Positions 36,986 to 46,026 of a stretch of DNA of 64,000 nt are shown here, piece by piece. Position 1 is the stretch's first letter. Each line of letters opens with the position of its first letter. The DNA comes from Candidatus Bathyarchaeota archaeon (lineage in GTDB: Archaea; Thermoproteota; Bathyarchaeia; Bathyarchaeales; Bathycorpusculaceae). The DNA lies in assembly GCA_963832745.1 (NCBI GenBank), contig CAWHVC010000004.1:192001-256000 (forward strand), written 5' to 3'. Made by a program: the position numbers and the translations under genes. Below the pieces are notes generated by a model. That model had not been told where the DNA came from. It searched no databases and was given only the letters and a program-made list of their open reading frames with translations.

Positions 36986-37285
36986 TTACTGTTGTCCAAG
37001 CATTTCCTTAATTTGCTTTTCGTGGGTTTGCCTGGTTGTTAACGGGTAAATTTCTCGTTCGCACTCAAAGAACAGTGGGTCTTGCCCAATAATTTTTGGG
37101 AGTGCCTCGTCAGATTCAGCGTTAACGATTAGCATGCTGCCTTGATGCCCAATCAGGTGATAGCATGATTCTAAAGTTTTGGCTTTTTCTAAGGATTCAA
37201 AATATCGGAATTGTAACGGTAAAAACCGTGACCATTTTTCTAGGGGAACTTCACGTTTTACTTTTTGAATAATCAAGAATTTCAT
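36986..37285 (-). CDS. Muconolactone isomerase-like/DUF3303 dimeric barrel protein
   Basis: MKFLI..GSMLIVNAESDEAL..DPLF..EIYPL pattern; GGAGGT SD. Confidence 0.55.
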   Translation of the reverse strand: MKFLIIQKVKREVPLEKWSRFLPLQFRYFESLEKAKTLESCYHLIGHQGSMLIVNAESDEALPKIIGQDPLFFECEREIYPLTTRQTHEKQIKEMLGQQ

Positions 37286-37387
37286 AAATAAGGTACCTCC
37301 TTAGACAAAGCACTATAAAATATAAAACATTTATGAAAAAAATTCAAAAGTAAGAAAACAAAAAGATGCTTAAGTCACTCTTGCACT

Positions 37388-37543
37388 TTATTCTTTCTTT
37401 TCGTTGCTTTTCATCATTTCTGGAATCTTTGTGCCTGCCTTAGACATTGCCTCTTTGACCACGTCCATTAGTTCGTCGTTGACTTCCATTTCGATGGTGA
37501 GTTTTAGTTTTCCGCTTTTTGAGGGCATTGCTGTTTCAGTCAT
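37388..37543 (-). CDS. Small hypothetical protein (51 aa, absent from the ORF track)
   Basis: MTETAMPSKSGKLKLTIEMEVNDELMDVVKEAMSKAGTKIPEMMKSNEKKE; strong GGAGGTGG SD; overlaps the upstream stop. Confidence 0.65.
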   Translation of the reverse strand: MTETAMPSKSGKLKLTIEMEVNDELMDVVKEAMSKAGTKIPEMMKSNEKKE

Positions 37544-37847
37544 GGAACCACCTCCTGAACCGTTTTAGCTGTTTTGGAAAAATGTTACCGACAAGCCGAA
37601 TTGCCTGCTTTCCTGTTAAATCTAAATCCATGGAGATTCGGTAATGGAACTTGCCAAGCCTTTTAGTATGCGCCTTGTAACTGCATATTGCGCCTAACTC
37701 TTTATACCGCCGCAACCGCTGGTTAAGGTAAAATGTGATTGCAGTAGGCGCTAACGGTTCAAACACTAACACAATGCGAAACAAAACTCGCGTCGCGCTC
37801 TCCATCAGCGACTCAGAAACAGATTCTTCCAAAACAGGCAACCTCAC
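37536..37847 (-). CDS. Hypothetical basic protein
   Basis: ORF coupled to the downstream 51-aa ORF; no recognised motif. Confidence 0.55.
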   Translation of the reverse strand: MRLPVLEESVSESLMESATRVLFRIVLVFEPLAPTAITFYLNQRLRRYKELGAICSYKAHTKRLGKFHYRISMDLDLTGKQAIRLVGNIFPKQLKRFRRWFHD

Positions 37848-37963
37848 ATTTTAAAACTTAGCGCTCAAATTGAGAAACTGGCTTGCAAAACTCAAATCTA
37901 GTTGAAGGGCGCGAATTTTTTAAGGATGTGTGACTGTCAATATGCAACTACAAGACGGGTTGG

Positions 37964-38476
37964 TTGTTTGTGTCACTCGAAGAAATCAGCATGCAGGTTC
38001 AACAATGTAAAAAGTGCCGTTTGTGGCAAACCGCAAAGCATGGGGTTCCTGGAGAAGGTCCCTTTAACGCAAAAATCATGATAATTGGGCAAAATCCTGG
38101 CGCCGAAGAAGATCAAACCGGACGCCCCTTTGTTGGTAGGGCAGGCAAATTCTTAACCAAAACTTTGGCAGAGTTTGGCATAAAACGTGAAGAAGTCTTC
38201 ATAACCAACATTGTTAAGCACACTTCGCCAGAAAACCGCAAACCCTACAATGACGAGGTCGCCGCGTGCCTGCCATACCTGAATCAGCAAATTGCCATAA
38301 TAAAACCGAAAATTGTTGTGCTGCTTGGTGCAAGCGCAAAAGAAACCCCGCGTGTGGAAGGTATTGAGTATTTTGAGATTGTTCATCCCTCAGCGGCTAT
38401 GAGGTTCACAAAGATGCGTGAAAAATTCCGAGCGCAGCTTGTAGAGCTTGCAAAGCTGATTCAAGAGTTCAAATAG
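37964..38476 (+). CDS. udg: Family-4 uracil-DNA glycosylase
   Basis: CKKCRL, GQNPG.EED.TGRPFVGRAG, TNIVK, HPSA. Confidence 0.9.
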   Translation: MFVSLEEISMQVQQCKKCRLWQTAKHGVPGEGPFNAKIMIIGQNPGAEEDQTGRPFVGRAGKFLTKTLAEFGIKREEVFITNIVKHTSPENRKPYNDEVAACLPYLNQQIAIIKPKIVVLLGASAKETPRVEGIEYFEIVHPSAAMRFTKMREKFRAQLVELAKLIQEFK

Positions 38477-38589
38477 TGTTGGATTTAATTGATAGTTACG
38501 AGGTAAATCTGGTCAATAAAGTTTGACTAACCTTAGTCAAGAATCCTTTACAAAAATCCTTTTCAATATTAATTGATTAATCGCTAACT

Positions 38590-39927
38590 ATGAATAAACC
38601 TGCCGTTTCCGTCCTCTTGTTTTGCTTATTGTTATCATGTTTAGTAATGGTGCAAACTGGTAAGGCAGATTCTAGAACAATTGTTGTTCCCACTGATTAT
38701 TCAACAATCACTGAAGCTATTAACAACGCTGTGGACGGTGATTCAGTGTTTGTTAAAAGCGGCGTTTATCATGAAAACATGTTAGCAGTGAATAAGTCTA
38801 TATCACTTATCGGTGAGAACGTTAACAATACAATAGTTTACTTTAACCCGCCTGTACTTAACGTGACAGTTTTTTCAACACCCTTTCAAATAACTGATAA
38901 TTCAATAAAAATTAACGCTGACAACGTTACCCTATCAAATTTCAGCTTCTTCTGTCCAGATGTTATCTCTTCAATTGCAGGCCCCGGCGGCATTGCTTCA
39001 ATTACAGGCAACAGTGTCACACTTGTCGGAAACAGTTTCCCGACAGGGCTTAAACTTGTTGGCTCATGCTCAACTATCATTGATAATGTTATAAAAGGTG
39101 GAAAATTCGAATTAATCGGTTCAAACAATATTTTAATAGAAAACACAATAATGGCTTCGGAGACTCCTGCAGTTTCCTGTGAAGGCTCATACAACATAAT
39201 CGCTGGAAACAACGCAACAGGTTCCACAAGCTTCTATGTAGAAGGCTACTCCAATGTTCTGTTTAACAATACGCTGAACTTTGTGGATGGTTTAGATTTA
39301 GACGGCACAGAGTGCGTTATAGCAAAAAACAGTTTGACATCTCTAATTGTCTTAGGTTCAAACAATACCGCTTATGGAAACAAGGTTACTCAAGGAATGA
39401 CAATATGCTGTTCGAACAGCGTTTTTTATGCAAACACTTTTTCGCTGATTTATTCTATTGTCTGGCGTAATGATGCAAATAACCAATTTTACCATAACAA
39501 TTTTGACTGCAACATAACCTTTCGGGAAGACCAAGAAGTTGCTTCTTACTATTGGGACAATGGGCAGGAAGGCAATTATTGGCAGAATTACTCAGGTCAT
39601 GATTTTAATGGCGACGGTATCGGGGATGTACCTTTTAGTGTAAGTAATAACACTGTTGACCGTTATCCACTCATGCTGGCCTTTGATGTTATTAATACAA
39701 CAATAGACTTGCCTGACTGGGTAAGTATCTTTTTGGGGGATCAGCCAGCATATTCAATTATTCCACCAAAAGAAGTTCAAACTGCGTCGCCCATAGAAAC
39801 TAATGATGAGTTATCCTCTTATGTTTCGGTAATGTTGGTTAGCGTTTTAGTGGTATTGAGTATAGGCGTCGTTTTTGCTATCTTGGTTAAATCTGGCAAA
39901 ATTCGCAACCTATTTGGATCCTATTAG
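38590..39927 (+). CDS. NosD/CASH right-handed beta-helix surface protein
   Basis: VPTDYSTI.EAINNA, GNYWQNY.G.D.NGDGIGDVPF, DRYPL; signal peptide and C-terminal TM. Confidence 0.82.
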   Translation: MNKPAVSVLLFCLLLSCLVMVQTGKADSRTIVVPTDYSTITEAINNAVDGDSVFVKSGVYHENMLAVNKSISLIGENVNNTIVYFNPPVLNVTVFSTPFQITDNSIKINADNVTLSNFSFFCPDVISSIAGPGGIASITGNSVTLVGNSFPTGLKLVGSCSTIIDNVIKGGKFELIGSNNILIENTIMASETPAVSCEGSYNIIAGNNATGSTSFYVEGYSNVLFNNTLNFVDGLDLDGTECVIAKNSLTSLIVLGSNNTAYGNKVTQGMTICCSNSVFYANTFSLIYSIVWRNDANNQFYHNNFDCNITFREDQEVASYYWDNGQEGNYWQNYSGHDFNGDGIGDVPFSVSNNTVDRYPLMLAFDVINTTIDLPDWVSIFLGDQPAYSIIPPKEVQTASPIETNDELSSYVSVMLVSVLVVLSIGVVFAILVKSGKIRNLFGSY

Positions 39928-39998
39928 AAATAGTATGCAGAAACCTATAGGGGGTAGGTGCTAATGGCTGAAAAATAAGCCATTAACATGTTGAAGAG

Positions 39999-40607
39999 CT
40001 ATTTCATTGGTTGCCTAATGACGGTTTTTAGTTTCTCGGGTGCGACTTTGGCTGCGTTATTTAGATAGATTTCGTGGTGTTTGCCGCTCAGTTGGTGTCC
40101 GCTTTTGTGGATGTAGTCGTGGATTTTGGCTACTGTGGAACCTTCTTCTGAGTATGGTCCAACGTAGAAGATTTGCGCCGATAAGCCCTCCTTAAAGCTT
40201 TCAAAACGGATTTTATCGATTGCCGGCAGATCCTTCTTTTTGCGTGCCTGTTCAATGGTGGCTTTTACGTCGGCTTCTTTGACGTATTGGAGCTGCATAA
40301 TCATGCTTGTCCATTTCCACTCGTCCTTGCGTTCCGTGCTGAATTCAGCCATGTTATCCATCCACCATAAGCCCTCAAGAGGCATAACCGCGTAATCGAT
40401 GCTTTTGGCTTTTTTGACCATGAATTTTAGGGTGTAAGACACTGTGAAAAGCGCTTCAATGGATTGCATGTACTCTGTTGAGGAAGGAGCGCCTTGTCCG
40501 TCAACCATCAAAAAATTCATTTCTGGAACATCAACAGTGCTAACCTCTTTAGCTGACGGGTTATACAACTGTCTTAGTTCCTTTTTTAAGTCAATTTTAG
40601 TGCCCAA
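39999..40607 (-). CDS. GyrI-like small-molecule-binding protein
   Basis: KIDLKKEL..LY, FLMVDGQG, PLEGLWW, GPYSEE, GKHHEIYL. Confidence 0.85.
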   Translation of the reverse strand: MGTKIDLKKELRQLYNPSAKEVSTVDVPEMNFLMVDGQGAPSSTEYMQSIEALFTVSYTLKFMVKKAKSIDYAVMPLEGLWWMDNMAEFSTERKDEWKWTSMIMQLQYVKEADVKATIEQARKKKDLPAIDKIRFESFKEGLSAQIFYVGPYSEEGSTVAKIHDYIHKSGHQLSGKHHEIYLNNAAKVAPEKLKTVIRQPMK

Positions 40608-40671
40608 ATAAGTGAACGCTCCAGTTTTCTGTAGCCTTATTGAAAATAAAAAGAAATTGCACAGGTTTATG

Positions 40672-41166
40672 CTAAAGCGGCGAAAGCAACTCTTTAAGCC
40701 AACATTCAACCTGTTCCGAAGCCGCCACAAGCTCAGCCGACAAGCCTTCGCCAAACTCTATTTTTTTAGGTTGAATCAAAAGCAAAGCAATCTTGGCGCC
40801 CGTGGCTTCTTTAAGGTAATCACTAAAAACTCGTAAAGGCAAAACATGTGTGCTAAACGCTGAGAAACCCGCAACCTGCTCGGGAAAAACCAGCCGCGCC
40901 TCTCCAGGCACCAACTCTAACATTGCAGCGTCAATCAGCAGCACGTGTGAAGGTTTGAATTCTTCGATTTCGAGGATATAATTTTCGGGTATGGTCTCGC
41001 ATTCGATTAGGCATATGTTGGCTGAGAGTTTGTCCTGGAGTTGCTGGACTATTTTTGTTCCCACGAAATCGTCGCTACGTATGGGGTTTCCAATGCCTGC
41101 AATAACCACTCTGTCAGCGTTGCTGAACCAGTTTTTAAGTTGCCTATAAATTTCAGTTTGAGGCAT
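40672..41166 (-). CDS. Hydrogenase maturation endopeptidase, HycI-like
   Basis: GIGNPIRSDDFVG, ETIPEN, IDAA, STHVLPL. Confidence 0.88.
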   Translation of the reverse strand: MPQTEIYRQLKNWFSNADRVVIAGIGNPIRSDDFVGTKIVQQLQDKLSANICLIECETIPENYILEIEEFKPSHVLLIDAAMLELVPGEARLVFPEQVAGFSAFSTHVLPLRVFSDYLKEATGAKIALLLIQPKKIEFGEGLSAELVAASEQVECWLKELLSPL

Positions 41167-41214
41167 AAACTCCACAAAACATTAAGCGCGAGAGGCAAGA
41201 AAAATGTTGCTTGC

Positions 41215-41565
41215 TTATTCTTCTTCTTGGCCGATGAAGCGTCTTATGGTTTCCACGATTTCTTGAACTTCAGAAGGCTTAAGCGGTGGGTCATAAGGAA
41301 TCCTGAGAACTTCCCATCCTTGCAGTTCAAGCAACTCTACGATTTCTTCGTCTTTCTGTAGTTGCTTGTCTTTCTTGTGAACCTGTCTCCCGTCAAGGTA
41401 AACGACTTTCTTAAGGTTGACCCAACAGAAGTCAGGAATTGTTGCTTTGAGGATGATGGGTTGCTGTGTTACCATGTTTGTGGTTAATCCTGCTGCGCTT
41501 AGGGCTGAGAAAACGCTGATTTCGCCTTTGCTGACTTTTGGATGCATGCGTTCTTTGTAACTCAC
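41215..41565 (-). CDS. DUF559/Vsr-like PD-(D/E)xK nuclease-fold protein
   Basis: SKGE, IPDF, YLDG..H, D..L...GWEVLRI. Confidence 0.75.
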   Translation of the reverse strand: MSYKERMHPKVSKGEISVFSALSAAGLTTNMVTQQPIILKATIPDFCWVNLKKVVYLDGRQVHKKDKQLQKDEEIVELLELQGWEVLRIPYDPPLKPSEVQEIVETIRRFIGQEEE

Positions 41566-41630
41566 CGTTAACTACCAAAGGATGCATGTGTAACATATCC
41601 TTAATAAACAATCAACAAGATGGCGCGTTA

Positions 41631-41790
41631 AAAAGTGATGATGTAACTGGGGAACTAAAAGGAGGCTTGGACAAGTCGCCCCTCGTACCAAACCGCAGAC
41701 CAAAAAAAGCCCCGAGCAGTTAGGTCCACCAGTCGTGCGGCTTGCGTAACAGCTGACCTGCCAAGCGTGGGTGTATCTCTTGGATGGCTA
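41631..41790. ncRNA. Candidate structured non-coding RNA (strand unresolved)
   Basis: GC-richer intergenic block with C-box GTGATGA, D-box CTGA, two hairpins and a possible pseudoknot; no credible ORF. Confidence 0.35.
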
Positions 41791-41918
41791 TTTCTCTCGC
41801 AAATAAACAACTATTTTGCAGGTATAAATGGAGTTGTGGTTGTGTCGGTGCAACAACAAGCGTGTAAGCTCTGCCGTATTTGACTTAAAAATAAGGGGTA
41901 ACGTTTTGATTTTTTACC

Positions 41919-42137
41919 CTAATTTGCCAAGATTTCTTGGTTTTCTTCAAACGGAATGGCGCCGATGGTAACGTGGTCTTTGGTTTGTTTTGTCTGCTTA
42001 ACTTGTGGTTTTGCTGAACTGGATTGGCCTGCTACATACATTACCCAGCCTATGGCAAATAAGCAAACTACTAGTGGGAGAAGTAAAACCATTAATGGCT
42101 TGTTCCGTTTAATTTTGTTTAATGCTGCCAACTTCAA
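41919..42137 (-). CDS. Small single-TM hypothetical protein
   Basis: Basic N-terminus, one TM (VLLLPLVVCLFAIGWVMYVAG). Confidence 0.6.
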   Translation of the reverse strand: MKLAALNKIKRNKPLMVLLLPLVVCLFAIGWVMYVAGQSSSAKPQVKQTKQTKDHVTIGAIPFEENQEILAN

Positions 42138-42240
42138 ACCCTAGTAACCCCTTTTCTGTTTGTTATAAGATAAGGGTTGCTTGCTTAAAATCTTAACTCA
42201 AAATACATACGATACATAAAAAAGGAAAGTGTTGGCTGCA

Positions 42241-44655
42241 TTAATGTTCTAACCGTTTTTCCTCGCCAAAAGGCGAAAACTGCCTAAGCCGCTCCGCCAT
42301 AACCCCCAACTGCTTATCAACCAAATAATTCACTGTGCCCTCCTCAAAACTGCCATCCTCACGTCGCACACCAGCTTTTCTGCCAGTCAGCACTTCAATG
42401 CCCTCGTCAATAGTTTTAACGGAGTAAATGTTGAATTTGCCAGCCTTCACCGCTTCAACAACCTCTTCCTTAAGCATTAAATTCTGCACGTTACTTTCAG
42501 GAATCATAACTCCTTGCTGACCCGTTAAGCCTTTAAGTTTGCAGACTTCAAAGAAGCCCTCAATTTTTTCGTTAACTCCGCCTATTGCTTGAACTTCACC
42601 TTTCTGGTTTACTGAACCTGTAACTGCAAGGTTTTGCTTAATTGGTAGCCCCGAAAGCGCGGAGAGAATCGTGTACAGTTCTGTGCTTGATGCGCTGTCG
42701 CCTTCGACGCCTTCATAATTCTGTTCAAACACTAACCTTGCTGAGAGGCTTAATGGTTTGTCGCGGGCGTATTTGTCGTTGATGTAGCCGCTCAGTATCA
42801 AGACGCCTTTGGTGTGGATTGGACCGCCCATTTTGGCTTCACGTTCAATGTCAACTACGCCTTCTCTGCCAAGGCCGATGCTTGCAGTTACGCGTGAAGG
42901 CATTCCAAACGTGAAGTCACCCAACCCAGCTACTGATAAACCGTTTGTTTGACCCACGCGTTCCTCCACTGTGTCAATTAAGAAGAAGCCGCGTTGAATC
43001 ATTTCCTGAATCTTTTCCTGCACAAGTTTTGAACGGTAAATTTTTTCTTCAATAGCATTTTTTACATGTTGGCTGGTTACATATTCCGAGTTTTCTTGGT
43101 CAGCGTAAAAACTGGCTTCTCTAGCTAAATCGCTAATGAGCGAGAATTGTGTGGAAAGTTTGTATTGGTCTTCTGCTAGTCTTGAGCTGTATTCGATTAT
43201 TTTTGCTAAGGCTGAGCTTTCAAAATGTTTTAGGTTTTCTTTACTGCAGAGCATGCAGACAAAAGCTGCGTATTGTCGGACGTTTTCGTCATTGCGGTTC
43301 ATTGTTGTATCGAATTCTGCTTTTACTTTGAAGAGTTCCCGAAAGTCGGTGTCCATTGAAAACATTAACTGGTAAAGGTATGGGGTGCCGATTAGCATGA
43401 TTTTGGCGGTTAACGGGATTGGTTGGGGCTTTATCGTTTTTATGCTGATGAAGCCGTAGCGTTCTTCGGGTTCTTCGATTACAATGTTTTGGTCTCTTAT
43501 GCACCGTTTTAAGCCGTCATACGAGAAAGGGTTTCTAAGAAGGTCTTCAACTTGCACTATTAGGTAGCCTCCGTTTGCTTTATGCAGGGCGCCGGCGCGG
43601 ATCATGGTGAAGTCGGTGGTTAAGGCGCCGAATTGGGCTTCTTTTTCTGTTCTGCCAAAAAGGTTATGGTAAGTAGGGTTTACCTCTATTACTAATGGTG
43701 CCCCTTTAGTGTCTGAGTTGTCTACGATGACGTTGACTTCATATTTTTTGAAGGGTTCTTCTCGTGCCCAAGGAACGGGGAACGGTAACTGCTGTTGCTG
43801 AGCGCTGCCTCGACGGGTGAATTGGGTTAAATTGTCTAAAATGTCGTTTTGTACTTCTTTAAGGTAGCCTGTTACTTCTGTTACTTCACGGTACTTCATC
43901 ATTAAACTGTCAATCTGGGAACCTGTAGCGTACAATGCAACTTCCCGGTTTAGTTTCTTTACTGCTTCATGTATTTGCCGTTCCATATCGATAAGTTGCC
44001 TCATCGTGTTTTGTAGTTCAGCTTCAAGCTTGTCATGTTTTTCTTGAAGGCTCTGTTTGGTTTTTTGTGGAAGAGCTAAAATTTCTTCTTCTGTTAATGG
44101 TCTGCCGTCTAAAACTGGGATAAGCAGCAGTCCGACTGGGGAGCTTTGAATTATGAAGCCTTCATTTTGGGCTTTTGCGGTTAATTCGTCAATTAAGTTT
44201 TTGCGTTGAACTTCTAAGCCTTTAAGTGTAGATTCTCGGCGTTTAACGTAGTCTTCGCTTTCAAAAGCTTTAGGTAATGAGGATTTGATGTTTTCAATAA
44301 AATTTTTCATGTCTGTTTGGAAGTCTTTTCCTTTTCCAGAGGGCAATTTTATGGCTTTAGGTTCATACTGGTTACCGAAATTGTTAACGTAGCACCAGTC
44401 AGGGGGAACCGGCTGGGTTTTGGCGGTTTGGTCGATAAAGCTTTTTACTGCAGTTTTTCGGCCCGTGCCGGGGTAGCCTGAAACGTAAATGTTAAAACCG
44501 TGATTTTTGATGCCTATACCAAACTTTAAAGCTCTAATCGCTCGTTCTTGGCCTACAATTTCGGCGAGCGGTTTTAGGTCTTTGGTTGATTCACACTGTA
44601 AACTTTTAGGGTCACAAGTATTACGCAGTTTCTCTAGTGGTACTTGGGTTACCAA
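42241..44655 (-). CDS. Lon-family (S16) protease, soluble LonC-like
   Basis: EGDSAS catalytic Ser, GGVNEKIEGF Lys, GALHKANGGYL, long coiled-coil insert, no TM. Confidence 0.9.
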   Translation of the reverse strand: MVTQVPLEKLRNTCDPKSLQCESTKDLKPLAEIVGQERAIRALKFGIGIKNHGFNIYVSGYPGTGRKTAVKSFIDQTAKTQPVPPDWCYVNNFGNQYEPKAIKLPSGKGKDFQTDMKNFIENIKSSLPKAFESEDYVKRRESTLKGLEVQRKNLIDELTAKAQNEGFIIQSSPVGLLLIPVLDGRPLTEEEILALPQKTKQSLQEKHDKLEAELQNTMRQLIDMERQIHEAVKKLNREVALYATGSQIDSLMMKYREVTEVTGYLKEVQNDILDNLTQFTRRGSAQQQQLPFPVPWAREEPFKKYEVNVIVDNSDTKGAPLVIEVNPTYHNLFGRTEKEAQFGALTTDFTMIRAGALHKANGGYLIVQVEDLLRNPFSYDGLKRCIRDQNIVIEEPEERYGFISIKTIKPQPIPLTAKIMLIGTPYLYQLMFSMDTDFRELFKVKAEFDTTMNRNDENVRQYAAFVCMLCSKENLKHFESSALAKIIEYSSRLAEDQYKLSTQFSLISDLAREASFYADQENSEYVTSQHVKNAIEEKIYRSKLVQEKIQEMIQRGFFLIDTVEERVGQTNGLSVAGLGDFTFGMPSRVTASIGLGREGVVDIEREAKMGGPIHTKGVLILSGYINDKYARDKPLSLSARLVFEQNYEGVEGDSASSTELYTILSALSGLPIKQNLAVTGSVNQKGEVQAIGGVNEKIEGFFEVCKLKGLTGQQGVMIPESNVQNLMLKEEVVEAVKAGKFNIYSVKTIDEGIEVLTGRKAGVRREDGSFEEGTVNYLVDKQLGVMAERLRQFSPFGEEKRLEH

Positions 44656-44743
44656 AATTAAAAACTCCTTCTATAAATTATCAGGAACTGTTACTTTTAT
44701 GCTTTAACCCTGCCAACCAACCTGCAAAAGAAAACGGCGGAAG

Positions 44744-45292
44744 TTACAGTTTTAACGTTAAAAACCGTTTTAAAATGTCTGGGTTTCTGACTTCAGGATG
44801 GAAAAGCACGCCATAAACGTTTTTTTGTTTGTGTTTTATGGCTTGAATATGTTTACCTGACTGTGCAAGCACTTCAAAGTTGTCTGATGGGACAACACTG
44901 TAGTTGTGTAGTGTGTAAACGTTAAAGTTGCCTTCGAAAAGCGGGTTGTCTTTTACGGTTTGGATTTCGGTCATTCCAATTTTCAGGCAGGGCGTCAATG
45001 GGTTATCGAAGAGGAGGCTGATGGTTTGCATTCCTGCGCAGATGCCCAGAATTGGGTTGTCAAAATTTTTTATCCAGTTGAATTTGTCGAGGTGTTTTTG
45101 TGTTTCGTGGTCTTTTAGGGTGTTTCCCGAAAGAATGATTTTGTCTGCTTTTTCAAGTTCGGCGGGTTTAATTTCCATGTAATGCTTACTTGTGCATTCT
45201 TCCAGTGGCTCCACCACGTTGACTATGGCTTGGACAAACTCGTTAAAAGCCAAAGAATCTCTTTTCCAATTCATGTCAACAACAAGAATCAT
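44744..45292 (-). CDS. Class I glutamine amidotransferase (stand-alone)
   Basis: IILSG, PILGICAGMQ (Cys), LFHPE (His-Glu). Confidence 0.88.
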   Translation of the reverse strand: MILVVDMNWKRDSLAFNEFVQAIVNVVEPLEECTSKHYMEIKPAELEKADKIILSGNTLKDHETQKHLDKFNWIKNFDNPILGICAGMQTISLLFDNPLTPCLKIGMTEIQTVKDNPLFEGNFNVYTLHNYSVVPSDNFEVLAQSGKHIQAIKHKQKNVYGVLFHPEVRNPDILKRFLTLKL

Positions 45293-45981
45293 TTCTGCAC
45301 CAACCGCGCCTTCTTGATAACGTAGACTCCTGAACTATAATTCCACATTACATCCGATTCAGCTACTTGGATTTTCTGCTTGAACATGGGGGCATCAAGC
45401 ACGGTGGTTTCGATTTCTCCACCTTCACCCGTAACGCTGATGCCGTATTTTTCTGCCAATTCTGAAAGCTGCTCAATCATGCTGTAGTCTAACGGTTTGC
45501 CCAGCCACGACTCGTTTAACGGGTACGCAAACACGCCCGAAATAACCACTTCAAAACGGCGTTCAAGCAACGTTTCAAGCAGCGCTTTCTGGTTATGTTT
45601 CCAAAGAGGGTTGAAACACCACAGATCCAACTTGTTACAAATCCGTTGCACCCTTGAGGCTTGATAAACAGACTCTACCGCGCCAGTAACCACGCCTTCG
45701 ATGCCATACTGGGTTTTGGCTTGCAAAATCGCGCATTCCAAGTCGGCAAGCTCCTTCTCTTTGCGTCCTTGCGTTTCAACCGTGACAAGCGGCAAATCCA
45801 AAGCTTGCGCCTGAAGCTGAGTCATGTCAACGTTGGGCGTGTGAAACATGTAACTTTCCTTGTTGACGGAAACCACTGTTATAAGGCAGGTTACCTCTTC
45901 TTTTTCCGAGGCCAAATGCAAGGCAAGCGTGGAATCCTTGCCGCCTGAAAACAACACGCCAAGCTTCATTTGAGTAGTCAT
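45289..45981 (-). CDS. dph6: Diphthine--ammonia ligase (Dph6/DUF71 PP-loop ATPase)
   Basis: FSGGKDS, SYMFH, GAVESVYQ..R, PLW, GEGGEIETTVLDAP. Confidence 0.88.
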   Translation of the reverse strand: MTTQMKLGVLFSGGKDSTLALHLASEKEEVTCLITVVSVNKESYMFHTPNVDMTQLQAQALDLPLVTVETQGRKEKELADLECAILQAKTQYGIEGVVTGAVESVYQASRVQRICNKLDLWCFNPLWKHNQKALLETLLERRFEVVISGVFAYPLNESWLGKPLDYSMIEQLSELAEKYGISVTGEGGEIETTVLDAPMFKQKIQVAESDVMWNYSSGVYVIKKARLVQK

Positions 45982-46026
45982 ACATGAAAACCTGCTTATA
46001 TACACTCCAACATGTACCCTGCCATT

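Noticed and set aside
41215-41565. DUF559 nuclease as part of a restriction or defence system
   Set aside because: No adjacent DNA methyltransferase or defence genes; it is a solitary small gene.
41650-41790. SRP RNA, RNase P RNA, fluoride riboswitch or HDV-like ribozyme identity for the structured block
   Set aside because: CCCCT..AAACCGC recalls the SRP Alu and crcB motifs, but the SRP helix 8, GAGGAAAGTCC, GATGG/GCTGATGAC and HDV L3 elements are absent.
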